A stretch of DNA of 64,000 nt from Hydrolagus affinis (taxonomy: Eukaryota): positions 1 through 64,000 of the forward strand of contig JAAILG010001348.1 in NCBI GenBank assembly GCA_012026655.1. Direction: 5' to 3'. The position numbers were made by a program, and so were the translations under genes. Position 1 is the first letter of the stretch, and each line of letters opens with the position of its first letter. Positions 1 through 11,050 of this stretch are shown here, piece after piece. The notes beneath the pieces are model-generated. The model worked only from the letters and a program-made list of their open reading frames with translations, searched no databases and had not been told where the DNA came from.

Positions 1-120
1 CCCCCCCAGGCTACAGGGTGTCTATCACCCCCCTCCCCACCCCCCAGGGTACATGGTGCCTACCTCCCCCTGTGCCACCATGTCTGCCTCCCACCCCAGG
101 ACTACATTGTCAGTTTCAAC

Positions 121-478
121 TAGGGTCCGTTGATATGGAAATTTTCCGATATCGATGTATCGGTGGGCTCATATCGCTTTATACCGATATATTGATATCT
201 CCGGGTTTTTTTATCCTGCATTCGGAGGTGCGTGCTCTAGGCCCAGGAGGTTTGCAATGCCGGCAACAAGGCAAGTTGAAAAAGTTTTATATTATACCGA
301 TATAACCGATATATCGATATATCACCGGACATGATATACTGATATTTTGCGATACACCAATTTTTTTTATATCCCGAATTTTTCGATATACCGATATATT
401 CGAATTTCCAATATCGGCATATCAATATGAAAAATTATACCGATATAACCGATATATCGATATATCGCCGGACACTAG
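121..478. mobile_element. Non-autonomous hAT-like DNA element (MITE)
   Basis: Imperfect 16-bp TIRs (tagggtccgttgatat versus reverse complement tagtgtccggcgatat). 8-bp flanks gtttcaac / gtttgaac (7/8 match). Internal CGATAT-rich repeats. Confidence 0.65.
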
Positions 479-896
479 TTTGAACAAACTCAGATTCCTG
501 TTGTTGGCTCAGAAGCCTCTGGAGCAGAGGAGAGAGTGCGACCAACTGAACCCGGGTTGACACCTATTTTAACAACAATAATAATCTTGCATTTGAAATG
601 GTACCTGACCAAGTCTTCGAGACATCGCAAAGCTCTTCACAGAATATCCAGTAGAGTGAATTGACTGTATTTTTTTGTGTGGCCAAAATTTGGAAAATTT
701 TTGATTTGCTTCCAATTGTACTCGTCTTCAAGTGACTGAGTAGATCACACTGTGATTTGCATTGTTGTTTTGGTCAGTGATTCCAAGAGGGGAATGGAGG
801 AATTATTCACTTGTTTGCAGCTTAGGGTGGGGGGGGTCAGATATAGTTAGAGTGTTTTCCTGAATAATATTGGTTTGCCTTTATTCAAATCTACAG

Positions 897-1229
897 CCAA
901 GATGACATTGAGAACGAGTCCTGCTGAATCATTGGTAAATGAAGATGTACTCCTACAGTTTGAAATTGCTGACCTGACAGGCATTTCGTTGGATAGAAAC
1001 AATCTTGGAGTTCTGTGGGCCTTCAATGGTGAAACTATTATTCAATACAATAACGGAGTCTTGAACATTGCCTCGTCAGGCATTGAGCTGCTGGAAACTT
1101 CCATCCTAAAAGGAAACATGTCACTGTTATTGAAAAAGGTGACGATGAAAGAAATGGGAGAATATCAGTGCACAGTATTTGTGGCTCCAAATGAGCAAGC
1201 TATTGGCAATATAACTCTTGAAGTTTTAG
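897..1229 (+). CDS. Ig gene exon: IgV-type domain
   Basis: Acceptor ctacag|, donor |gtaagt, 333 nt. C-strand Trp (GVLW), GNMSLLL, F-strand GEYQC. Confidence 0.85.
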
Positions 1230-4200
1230 GTAAGTTACTGGTGATTGTTGCAAACATTATTTAAGAATCCTACAATCATGTTTGGTTTTGATATATCACA
1301 TCAGGAGGATTTCTCAAAGCGCTTGTTAAAAGCTTGTTAAAAGGAATAGTACATGTTTGTTTTGTACATAATAATAGTTATCCTTGGTATAGTGCCTTGT
1401 CACTTTGATTCACAATTATAACTGTAAGGTACTAGTATATTTGTAGGTATTTATATTACACTACAGTACTCATATTTGTTCTGGCAGCACGGCCCTCAGT
1501 GATTGTGGTTTCGGAAGAAAAGGTGGAAATCGGCCATGGAGGAGAGATGACCTTGGATTGTCAGCTAAATGGATTTTATCCTTGCAAAGCCAGTGCTGAG
1601 TGGTTTCAGAAGACGTCACAAGACGAAATTAAGCAGTTAACAGATATATGCATTAGCCAAGTATTCACCAACACCGATGGGCTGTGCAATATATCCATTG
1701 AGGTTCGACTGTTACCTGTCATGGAGGATATTGGTAGCACTTTCTACTGTGTTGCACAACACAAGACTTTTCAAGAACCATACTTTGCGGAAGCTCGGGT
1801 TACATTGAAAGGTTAGTTGCAGTGGTCTTTGTCCTTTATTAAAATGGTAAACATCAATTCTGATTCAAGGCGTAGGGGGAAAAATGTATAGGTGCATGTT
1901 AGATTTTTTTAGGAGAGTTTTGAAAACAGGGCTAAGAGGTGAACTTTTAGATCAAATTCGAAGATTGAGATGAGGAGGGATTTTGGGAGGGAGTTTAAGA
2001 GAATGGAAGTATAGATTTCTCAAGCTTGGCCATTGATGGTGGGGAAACCAGACACGGGCCCCAGTTTGTGGAATGGGCAGGAGAGAGGCTGGAGGAAATT
2101 GGAGAAGTTTGGGTATGACACAGGTGTGGAGGGATTTACCAATGACAGGATCGTGAAGTTGATCTGATGACAGGACAGTGAATAGTGGAGTTAGGCAAGG
2201 ATGAGTGAGTTTGTCGGCACACAGATCCTTGTGGACAGGATGTGGGAAAGTTGGGCTACTTACTGTTCAGCAGAAACAGGTACATTAAGCTGCAAGGTGA
2301 TAGACCTGTGAGGCGCCTGTTTTAACACCAGTATAAGATAAAGATGTAGTATTGAGAAAGTATGGTTGAAATATCCTTACTGGGTAATGATACAGCCCAT
2401 TTTCTCCAGAAAATTCCATGTTATTCTGCACAATGTTGAACTGATAGTTATGATCTTTGTTTGTCTCTCTGATTAAGCATTTGGCACTTGTTATTCTCTG
2501 CTGTAGCGTTCTGAGCTATTGAAAAATGAAGTCAATTTGAAAAGTATTGTAACTAAATCTTAATGTTTTTTGTTTATAGAGGTAGAAATTCGTATTTCCC
2601 ATGGATCGGTCGTTGCAAGTATTATCTTGAGCATTATATTCACTGTTGCAGCAATAATACTGGGGATCTTTGTCTATATGAAGTACTTTAATAAAGGTAA
2701 TCATCTGGAAATTTTGTGTGCTACTTTCTAGGAATATATCCCTGTGCGAACTAAGAGCTTAAGGGGATGAAAGCTTCACTGTCCAGTAGTTATGTAGATT
2801 CTCTTATGTATCTTGTATGGAACAGATCATGCAAGACTGTTGTCTCTTTTCCCCTTCATTCTAACATTCATAGACACATTTGTTGGGCCAGCTAAATGTT
2901 GTGACACCCCTTGCCATCCCATCATGTCTGTCCTGTCTGTATTAAAGAGCAATCCTATCAGTCCCATTTTACCTGCCCTTTCTCCATACCTTTACTTTTT
3001 AGGTATCTATCTAGTTTCCTTTTTGAAGCTAATATTAAGAGTGTATCAGATGTGACTGGAGCTGGTCATCAAAATATGTTGGACAAATGCAATTTGAAAT
3101 ATTCTTGCTTTGACTTATGTTGTTTTATTTTCAGTTCCACCCAAAATTTCAGATATCAAAAAACCTGCTCGTATTGTACATCAAGAATCTGTTGAATTAA
3201 TGTGCCATGTGTCTGGATACCAACCCGAAGACATTTCTATTAGTTGGTACCTGAAGAGTTTGAAGGAAAAGCAAAAAAAATTGATTGGGGAATATCATAA
3301 AAGTCAAATGCAAAGTTTACCTTTTATTGGTAAAAAGAACAAAATTCCAGGCCCTGACCCGGAATTTGCAATATATGAGAACCCTGATCAGTGGGAAGTC
3401 AAAACAGTCAATGTTCAAAAAAATAAGGATGGAACATTCAGTCTCTCCAGCATTCTTTGTATCTTTCCTGATATAACTGAACACAACAAAGCTGAAATCG
3501 TGTGTGACGTGAACCATCCATCTGGCAAAAGAGTCGTCAAAATCCTCTCTTTAGAGGTTACTGGAAGTAAGTGAACAAATGTCAATTGGAAAGTGACTTC
3601 TGTAATGCGTAGCTGCTGTGAAATGTTTTGCTATGGGGCACACGTCTCCCAATTTGTGCCCATTGTAATTAAAGTCGCAAGGTTCTACAGCCAATGCTTT
3701 CTCAAGCCTCACCATTTATTGGCCAATCTAAATTCAATACCGAAGATCCATGATTTGGAGTTTTCAGGTTAATGTCTTGTTGAGTTCTCTTCAACATCTT
3801 TTCCCTAATTGCTTTCTGGAGCCCGTGTCATTCTCTTTGTAGGTCATGGTTTTGTACTGTATATTCCATCTTCATTGGAACAACAACAACAAAATTACAT
3901 TTGTATAATGTCTTTCACGTCGGGAGGTCATCTAAGGTGCTGGACACTCAATGTTTCAGACCTGAGTTGAGGTCGGGATTGGGGAGGGTGAAGGTAAAGG
4001 AGGGGATTTGGGGTGATTGATGGGACTGTCGAAGAGGAGGGTCTTGAGGCAGTACTGGAAGGAAGCTAGGGAGGGGGCGAGGCGGAGGGTTTGCGGGATG
4101 GATCAGAGTGACTGAAGGCTCGCACGCCAATGGTGGGGTGGGTGAGTTGGCGGACGGGGAGCAGGCCGGAGCCCGCTGAGCGTGGGAGTGGGCAGGGGTC

Positions 4201-7200
4201 AGGAGGTTAGGAGGTCAATAGGGTGGGGCAAGGCCATAGAAGGCTTTAAAGATGAGGAACAGGATCTTGAATCCTCTGGGTGATGGGGAGCCAATGGATT
4301 CTGGTGAGAATGGGAAAGATTGGGTCACGGAGCTTGCAGCAGTAAAAGACACGGGCCTCAGAGTTCTGGATGATCTGCAGCCTATGGAGGTAGGAGTTTG
4401 GAAGACTGAATTGGAAGCAGCGAGTTGGCATAGTCCAGTCAGGATGTGATGAAGGCATGAATGAGAGTTTCAGCGGCCTGAGGGGCGAGGTAGTGGCACA
4501 GTCGGGCAATGTTGGGTAAGTGAGGGAAGACAGAGTGGGTCATGGTTTGGATATGTGGGAGACAGTTGAAGATCGAACAAGACACCTTGGTTCCTGATTG
4601 GCTTGGTGAGGTGAGGACTAGATAAGGGGCCAACACCATGCAGGAGATGACCCTGGTTAAAAAGAATAAGGTAAATGTTTGGTTGATGTTTGGGTTGTTG
4701 ATTAGATCCCATAGGAGGAACGAACACTGAGGGAAGTGGTGAATTCTATGGAACCCACATAGGCACAGTTCACTCAAATACTGCACTCCAGTGTCTGAAT
4801 ACACTGGTTTCTGGATCCAATCTGTTGGTCAAATGCCAAATCTGTATCCTTAAATCGAGGTGTGTTTGAGACATGCCGGAAAATCACTGTGGCAAATCTT
4901 TAACTTTGGTCTTAATTAGGAAACTGCAGTTCTTCTATATACTGTATATTATATATATACTTAAAAACTTGCAAAGTAAAAGTAAATTTTCTACAATTCT
5001 GTGTAGCCTTAAATTTAAGACCAAATTCATCCTGTATGAACAGTAACACCCGCTATCTCTGGTTCCTTGGTTTGATAGTTTTACCGAATCCCGAGTTAGT
5101 AATTCATGATACTGTACATTGTAGAAAAATAATGTGCTCGCCTTCAACAGATGATATTACTATCAAATGACTATTTACCTTCAAAGCTAATGTGGGATTC
5201 TAACCAAATTAATATCTTTTTTTCTTTCCCTTTAGTTCCTCCGCAATTGGATGAAATAATTCGACCTCCTATTGTGCTTCATAACAATTCAATCATGCTG
5301 ACGTGTCCCATTAATTTTTTCAAACCAAGCTCCTTGGTTATCAAGTGGTACAAAATAAAGGATATAGGGGAGAAACTTCTCATAGTACACTATGTTAATG
5401 GCATGGATAAAAACAGCTGTCAACCACAGTTTTCCCATAGTGTGAGTAAATTCAGTTATCCTAACCACACTGAGAGTATTCACAGCAAGCTGCTATTCAA
5501 TGCAACAATTGAAGAAGATGAAAAGAGTCAGTACTTTTGTGAAGTTCAGCATCTTGCTTTGCAGAACCCAGTTGAGAAAGTTGTCGAACTACATGTCAAA
5601 GGTAATTCTTTTAAGTTAACTTACACATAAGCAGTTACTACACTTTACAGTAAAACACTTTTATATATTTCAATGGCTGATAAGGTGCTATATCCAATGC
5701 AAGGATTACTATATGAAATATGTTGGAAGCAGTTTAAACTGTTCCTTTTCTTTTCCAGCTTTTCCAATCCTGAATACCATTGTGAGTGACCCATCAAACG
5801 CTGTAGTTGGAGAGAGACTGTCTCTGTCCTGCAAAGTGCATTCGTTTTATCCAAAAAATATAATGGTTCGTTGGTTTAAAAACAAGGAGCTTCTTGAAAC
5901 CGATGACATGATGAATGCAACTCAAGGCTCTCCTGAGAAAGAGTTGTTTGAACTGACCAGTCAATATACATTTACTGTGTCGCTCTCCGACCTGAGCTCG
6001 GTATACAAATGTGAGGTTGATCATGAGAGTCTCATGTATCCAAGAGTCGAACATTATATTCCTGAAAACCTGGGTATGTTTGAAGTTATTTTCTGCCAAG
6101 TCATTTTGTGAAGCACATTTTGTAGAAGAATACATTTTGTTTCACGTATTGACATTTTTTAATTAATTTGGATGAACATATATGTTGGGCTTAAGAGTTT
6201 TTATCTATTTTGTGCTTTTCAGTTGAATTGAAATTGTAATTGTACCTTATTTTTTTTCTTCCGTTTTCTCTGGATTTCAGTGTCTTTCCCAAAGGTATCA
6301 GAAGTGTTGAGCGACCCACCCATCCCTGAAATTGGAAAGAAGTTGACCTTAACCTGCACCATAAATGAGTTTTATCCAAAAGACATTCAGGTTGAGTGGT
6401 TCAGAGACAATGTGGCAATGGAAATGAATGGGGAATATGGAACAATTACAAAAGAATCATCTAGTAAAGATGGTCTAAACTGTATAGTTACCACAGTCAC
6501 CCTTACTCCAACCACTGATGACCATCAAGCCTTATACACAGTAGAAATTTGCCATTCAAAATCGTCAACCAAATCTTACAAGCAAACTTATCAGCTGTCG
6601 ATTAAAGGTAACTTGAAGAATAGTTTATTGCAGGAGACTACAAATGTCCATCAAGATGTAAGGAGATCAGGTGGGAACTATTTGAGCAAATGTAGGAGAT
6701 GAGTGTAACCCTAAAATTATACTAGAGGTATAGGTATGCTGTTACTGTCCAATGTTGCTTTTGAAATGGTAACTTTAATAAACCATTTGAAGTAAAACTG
6801 GACAATCCAGGACAGATGATAGTGATGCAGTATATATTTATTAGTCTGAGCTCAGGGAAAATAAAGTCTCAATTGTTCCCAGAAAATGTAACTTCTACCA
6901 TTTTCTGTTGGTGCTTAAAGGTAGTAAAAGAAACACACAACTCTACTGGCACATTTCTTTCTTCCTCGCCCTCACCAACTCCAAATTATATCCTAAGCAA
7001 GTGTTCTATGTAAGAGAATGCTCTTGAAAACCATGCTGAATTCTATATGTTCCTAGCTCTATTTGTTGTGATGTACTGGTTTAGCACTCGTGATACAAGG
7101 AGAGCTTTATTCAAATAGAAATTGTGTCTCTTGCACTAATTTGTGCTTGTTCACGTTATCAGAAACTATGGAGAGTTAATGATTTGTGTAGACATAACAT

Positions 7201-8448
7201 ATCTAGACAGGTTAATAAAATAGATTCATCAGGACTTATTCATATTTGTTACCTATTAAGTATTTTTATGATCTTGTTACAGGTTCCCCCAGATTTTCAG
7301 AATTCATACTGGAACCAAAGACACTTAAGTTTGGTAAACACGTATCTGTGTCCCAAACAATGACTGGCCTTTGCACTAAAGATTTTAGTATTGAGTGGTA
7401 CAAAGGGGATAATCATGTTATTGAAGAAGTTGTGAATTCCAGCCTAACTCAGGAAACTCAAAACACTTACAGCATGAATAGTTGTTTGAAATTCCTCCTT
7501 ACTGCAGAGGTCTTTGAAAAAGATATAAGTTTTCATTACAAAGAGAATACCAAAACAGATGTGTTCAAACGACATTGTCATTTGCCTCTGAAACGTGAGT
7601 ATATTCTGAGTATTTAATATATTTCTAAAATCTTGCAATAATTTTCACATTACTGTTTATTGGATTTAGTAGTCTTCTTTGCATGGATAGAAGCTTTTAT
7701 TTAACATGGGACCGATGCACTTCTGTATTTATCTTGTTACACATTAGTCTTTTCTATTGAACCATATTATTTTTATGATTAATAATTCATTAATAATATC
7801 CTTCAATAAAAAAGACTAACGTGGAATAAAATAAAGAAGTGCTTCAGTAATAATTATTAATAATAATAATCCTTGCATTTGATGCAACCTTTGCTTAATT
7901 TCTTATTGAAGCACATTACCTGCATTTTTGTAGTGCTTTCTCCAGCTCTGTTATGGGATGTCAACCTGGACTGTGGCTTGAACCAACTATCATCCTTTCT
8001 TGGAGGACTAAGCCAGGCTGACACATAACATCTTGTTAAAGCTCAGAACAGTTTTATTCCTTCTCATTAATTGTGTCATCATGCGGTTGCTGTCAGCGAA
8101 ACTTACATTGAGCATTGCTTCTGTGTCCTCGCAGGTGTATCTCCTATAGTGTCAGAAATCATATGCAAACCTGAACGACCCAAAATTGGTGAAATGTTAA
8201 CGTTGACTTGCACGATTGATGACTTCTGCCCGGGGGATATTACCATTCTTTGGAGTAGGGGATGGGTGGATTTCCACAATGAACAATTTTTACAGGAACC
8301 CCGCATTGGTGCAAATGGACTTTACTCTACGTTTTCGGAGCTGAAAATTAAGATGGAGCCAGACGATGAACCAGAGGAATTTAGTTGTGAAATTCGACAT
8401 GCAAAAACAAATGATGTTGTGGAGAAGTTTACCAATCTGTTGGCTTAG
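897..8448 (+). CDS. B7-H6/NCR3LG1-like IgSF membrane protein, 9 coding exons (V, C1, TM, 6 x C1-type), about 946 aa without leader; 5' leader exon not found
   Basis: Nine AG/GT-bounded exons join in one frame, all with phase-1 junctions. The V-domain end GEYQCTVFVAPNEQAIGNITLEV resembles human B7-H6 [22 protein letters not shown]. The gene sits next to KCNJ11-ABCC8, as NCR3LG1 does in human. Orthology is inferred, not tested. Confidence 0.8.
1488..1811 (+). CDS. Ig gene exon: IgC1 domain (extracellular)
   Basis: Acceptor ggcag|, donor |gttagt, 324 nt. LDCQLNGFYP...W...FYCVAQH is a C1-set signature. Confidence 0.9.
2580..2696 (+). CDS. Ig gene exon: transmembrane segment
   Basis: Not in the ORF track; read by hand. 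Acceptor ttttttgtttatag|, donor |gtaatc, 117 nt. Translates EVEIRISHGSVVASIILSIIFTVAAIILGIFVYMKYFNK: about 24 hydrophobic residues followed by basic residues. Confidence 0.85.
3135..3566 (+). CDS. Ig gene exon: post-TM C1-type domain 1, with about 30-aa insertion
   Basis: Acceptor ttttcag|, donor |gtaagt, 432 nt. LMCHVSGYQP...W...DGTFSLSS...VCDVNH. Confidence 0.85.
3935..4700 (-). mobile_element. Decayed L2-clade LINE 3' fragment
   Basis: Frameshifted pieces AAETLIHAFITS and LQIIQNSEAR...IHWLPITQRI, typical of the L2 ORF2 C-terminus. Confidence 0.8.
5236..5601 (+). CDS. Ig gene exon: post-TM C1-type domain 2
   Basis: Acceptor ccctttag|, donor |gtaatt, 366 nt. LTCPINFFKP...KW...YFCEVQH. Confidence 0.85.
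5759..6073 (+). CDS. Ig gene exon: post-TM C1-type domain 3
   Basis: Acceptor ttttccag|, donor |gtatgt, 315 nt. LSCKVHSFYP...RWF...YKCEVDH. Confidence 0.88.
6281..6607 (+). CDS. Ig gene exon: post-TM C1-type domain 4 (F-strand Cys lost)
   Basis: Acceptor atttcag|, donor |gtaact, 327 nt. LTCTINEFYP...EWF...YTVEICH. Confidence 0.85.
7283..7594 (+). CDS. Ig gene exon: post-TM degenerate C1-type domain 5 (both canonical Cys lost)
   Basis: Acceptor gttacag|, donor |gtgagt, 312 nt. SPRFSEF...VSVSQTMTGLCTKDFSIEWYKG. The open frame and exon size match the neighbouring exons. Confidence 0.75.
8135..8448 (+). CDS. Ig gene terminal coding exon: post-TM C1-type domain 6
   Basis: Acceptor tcctcgcag|. 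LTCTIDDFCPG...LW...GLYSTFS...FSCEIRH, then TAG at 8446-8448. Confidence 0.82.
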
Positions 8449-9169
8449 GTATTTCCTCTTCTTACTCAGGAGGTTTCCGCAGATACAATTGTGCCTGAAG
8501 ACCTTTTCCTTCAACCGCACTAGCGGTCACCTTCTCCTCTTCATGGCTTAGCCTCGGACCCCACCACTGTTAAGCCCTCTGAGATGGGTAAGGTGTGTTT
8601 TGAGATGGTTTTAATGAAAAATGTAAATTAGTGTAAAGTTCAGAAGATGTAAATTAATGTAAAGTTCACAAGATGTAAATGGATTTACAATTATACAGCA
8701 CAGAAGGAGACCAACCATTCAGCCTATCCTGTGTGTGACGGCTCTTTTATTTAACAAAAAAGCTATTCAAATCAATCCAACTCCTCCATTCTCTCCGGAT
8801 AGCTCTGCAAAACTTGTCCTTTCCATATAATTATCTGAAGTCAATATATACTTTGTGAAACAGTGTTGCTTATATTATTTAAAATGTTTGGGTCATTTAT
8901 CACAACTACGCGATGTATAAGAAGGTTTATATAAAAGTGGAAAGGCCTTTTTTTTCAAATAACAAAAAGACATTTCTTTCAAGTAAAAGTCAAAATGCCT
9001 TACAGATGAGATTATTTAGAAATGAAGTGAATGTTATGCAGGGAAATGGGGCAGCTAATTTGTACCTATCAAAGTCCTAACAACAATGAGATGCGTAGCC
9101 AATTCATTTGAATGCAGGGCGGTGGGTGGGGACGCGAGTGGGGTGTGTAAGTATCATCACAAGTCAGAT

Positions 9170-10480
9170 ATCAAAGTTTTAGAACGCATTGTTACCAACC
9201 AACTATGTGCACACCTCTCCCTCCACTCCCTTTACGAACCCCTTCAGTCCGGTTTCTGCTCTTCCCACAGTACAGAGACTACACTTGTGAAAGTCACAAA
9301 CGTTATCCTTTCTATCGGTAACCAGGGCTCCCTCTGCCTCCTTGTCCTCCTGGACTTTTCTGCCTCCTTCGACACAGTCGATCATGACATCCTTCGCCGC
9401 CTATCTTACATCATCCACCTCAGTGGGACCGCACTTGCCTGGTTCGAGTCCTACTTCACTAATCGCCAGCAGTACATCTCTACTGACGACTTTTCCTCTC
9501 GCTTTCGCCTAAGGATCCATCCTTGGTCCCTTTCTCTGCCTTACCTGCATGCTCCCTCTTGATGATGTAATCCGCACTCATGGGGTAAACTTCTACATGT
9601 ATGTAGATGACACCCGACTCTACTTTTCCACCTCAATTTGTGACCCCTATCCCCATATGTTCTGTCAGCATATCTGTCAGACATCAAGAGCCAGATGAGT
9701 GCAAGCAAGCAAATTTCCTTCAGCTAAATGTTAACAAGACGGAATCCATACTCTTTGGCTCTCGTCGACGTCTTCAGTCCCACAGCTCTCACCTCCTCCA
9801 CCTACCCTACCTGCCCCTAAAACCCTCTGAACCTGTACATACCTTGGCCATGTTTGACCCCCAAATATCCTTTCTCCCACACATCCCTTCAACAGCACCA
9901 CTTTCTTCCATCTCCGACACATTGCCCATTTCCGCCAATATCTCACCCCAAAAGCTGCCGAAAACTTATTCCATGCCTTTGGAGCTTCTTGACTGGACTA
10001 TTCCAATGCCCTTCTTCCTGGTCTCCCGTCTGCCACCATTCGTAAAATCCAAGTTATTCAGAATTCTGCCGACTGCATTCTCACCCGTACCAAACTTCGT
10101 TCTCCGATTATCCCAGTCCCTGCCAGACTTCACTGGCTCCCTGTTTCGGAGTGGATCGATTTCAAGATCCTCCCTCATGTATTCAAATTCCTCCACTCCT
10201 CTGCACCCCACTACCTCTCTGACCTCTTCTCCTCACAACAGTACCCGTTGCCTTCACTCTACTGGGTCTGGCCTCCTTGAGCCCCGAATCCTGCGTTCCA
10301 CCATCGGCGGCCGTGCCTTCAGCCACTACACCCCGAGTCTCTGAAACTCCCTTCTTTCGCCTCACCCACTCCTTACCTATTTTCAGGTCGTGGCTAAAGA
10401 CATTTCTTTTCGACTGCTTTTGGTCACCTTTTTCCCCCTCCCTCTGGCTCGGCGCTGGGATCCATTTTATATAGCATGAT
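9170..10480 (+). mobile_element. Decayed L2-clade LINE (RT domain to 3'UTR)
   Basis: LERIV...QSGF...STET...LLDFSASFDTVDH, a YVDD remnant at about 9600, and multiple frameshifts. Confidence 0.88.
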
Positions 10481-10849
10481 ATTGCACTTTTTGCGTCTCT
10501 TAGATGTCTCAAAATGCTTCACAGAATGTACTAAAGTGAATTGACTGTAGATTTGTGGGCCAAATGTTTTATGAAGCGCTCTGACGCCGTCTGCCATAGA
10601 GGGCGATATATAAATCCAAATTGTTGTTGTTGGCATCTGGGACCTAAATTAATGACTCAATGAAGCAAAGGCGATAGTGATCTAGAAATAATTAAACAAA
10701 TAAACTTGTATTTAACATACAATGTTATATAGCAAATACCTGCCAATGTGTCCCAGCAAAAAATTATACAAAAAGAACAACAATAACTTGTATTTGTATC
10801 GCACCCTCCACACCAGGCGGCGTCTCAGAATGCTTAATACAAACAGATT

Positions 10850-11050
10850 TGATTGGAAGCTCTGGAACTCCCTTCCTCGGTCCCTTCACCTCTTCCATTC
10901 TCTTCCCAGTCTAAGGTCTCAGCTAAAGACCTTTCTCTTCGACCGCGCCTTCAGCCACCTTTCTCCCCCTGGCTCGCTGCCAAGATTCGTTATTGTGAAG
11001 CGCTCTGAGACGCCATCAGGCGTGGAGGCCACTATATAAATCGAAGTTGT
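10850..11050 (+). mobile_element. L2 3' end fragment
   Basis: ctctggaactccct...ttcgaccgcgccttc...gtgaagcgctctgagacgcc...tataaatcgaagttgttgtt tail. Confidence 0.65.

Noticed and set aside
1-896. Leader exon of the Ig gene
   Set aside because: No ATG-initiated hydrophobic exon with a phase-1 donor was found. The ORFs at 18-305 and 237-425 are translations of repeat sequence.
3110-8448. The six C1 exons as an Ig or TCR constant-region locus or a separate gene
   Set aside because: No J segments, recombination signal sequences, switch region, downstream TM/secretory exon or leader was seen. They splice in frame to the upstream TM exon. A separate gene is not fully excluded without transcripts.
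8620-8690. Short tandem duplications (also 1315-1345, 17740-17760, 43755-43795)
   Set aside because: Ordinary slippage products with no evidence of function.
9086-10344. 158-aa and 245-aa ORFs as a host gene
   Set aside because: They are frameshifted L2 reverse transcriptase remnants and an off-frame read of them.
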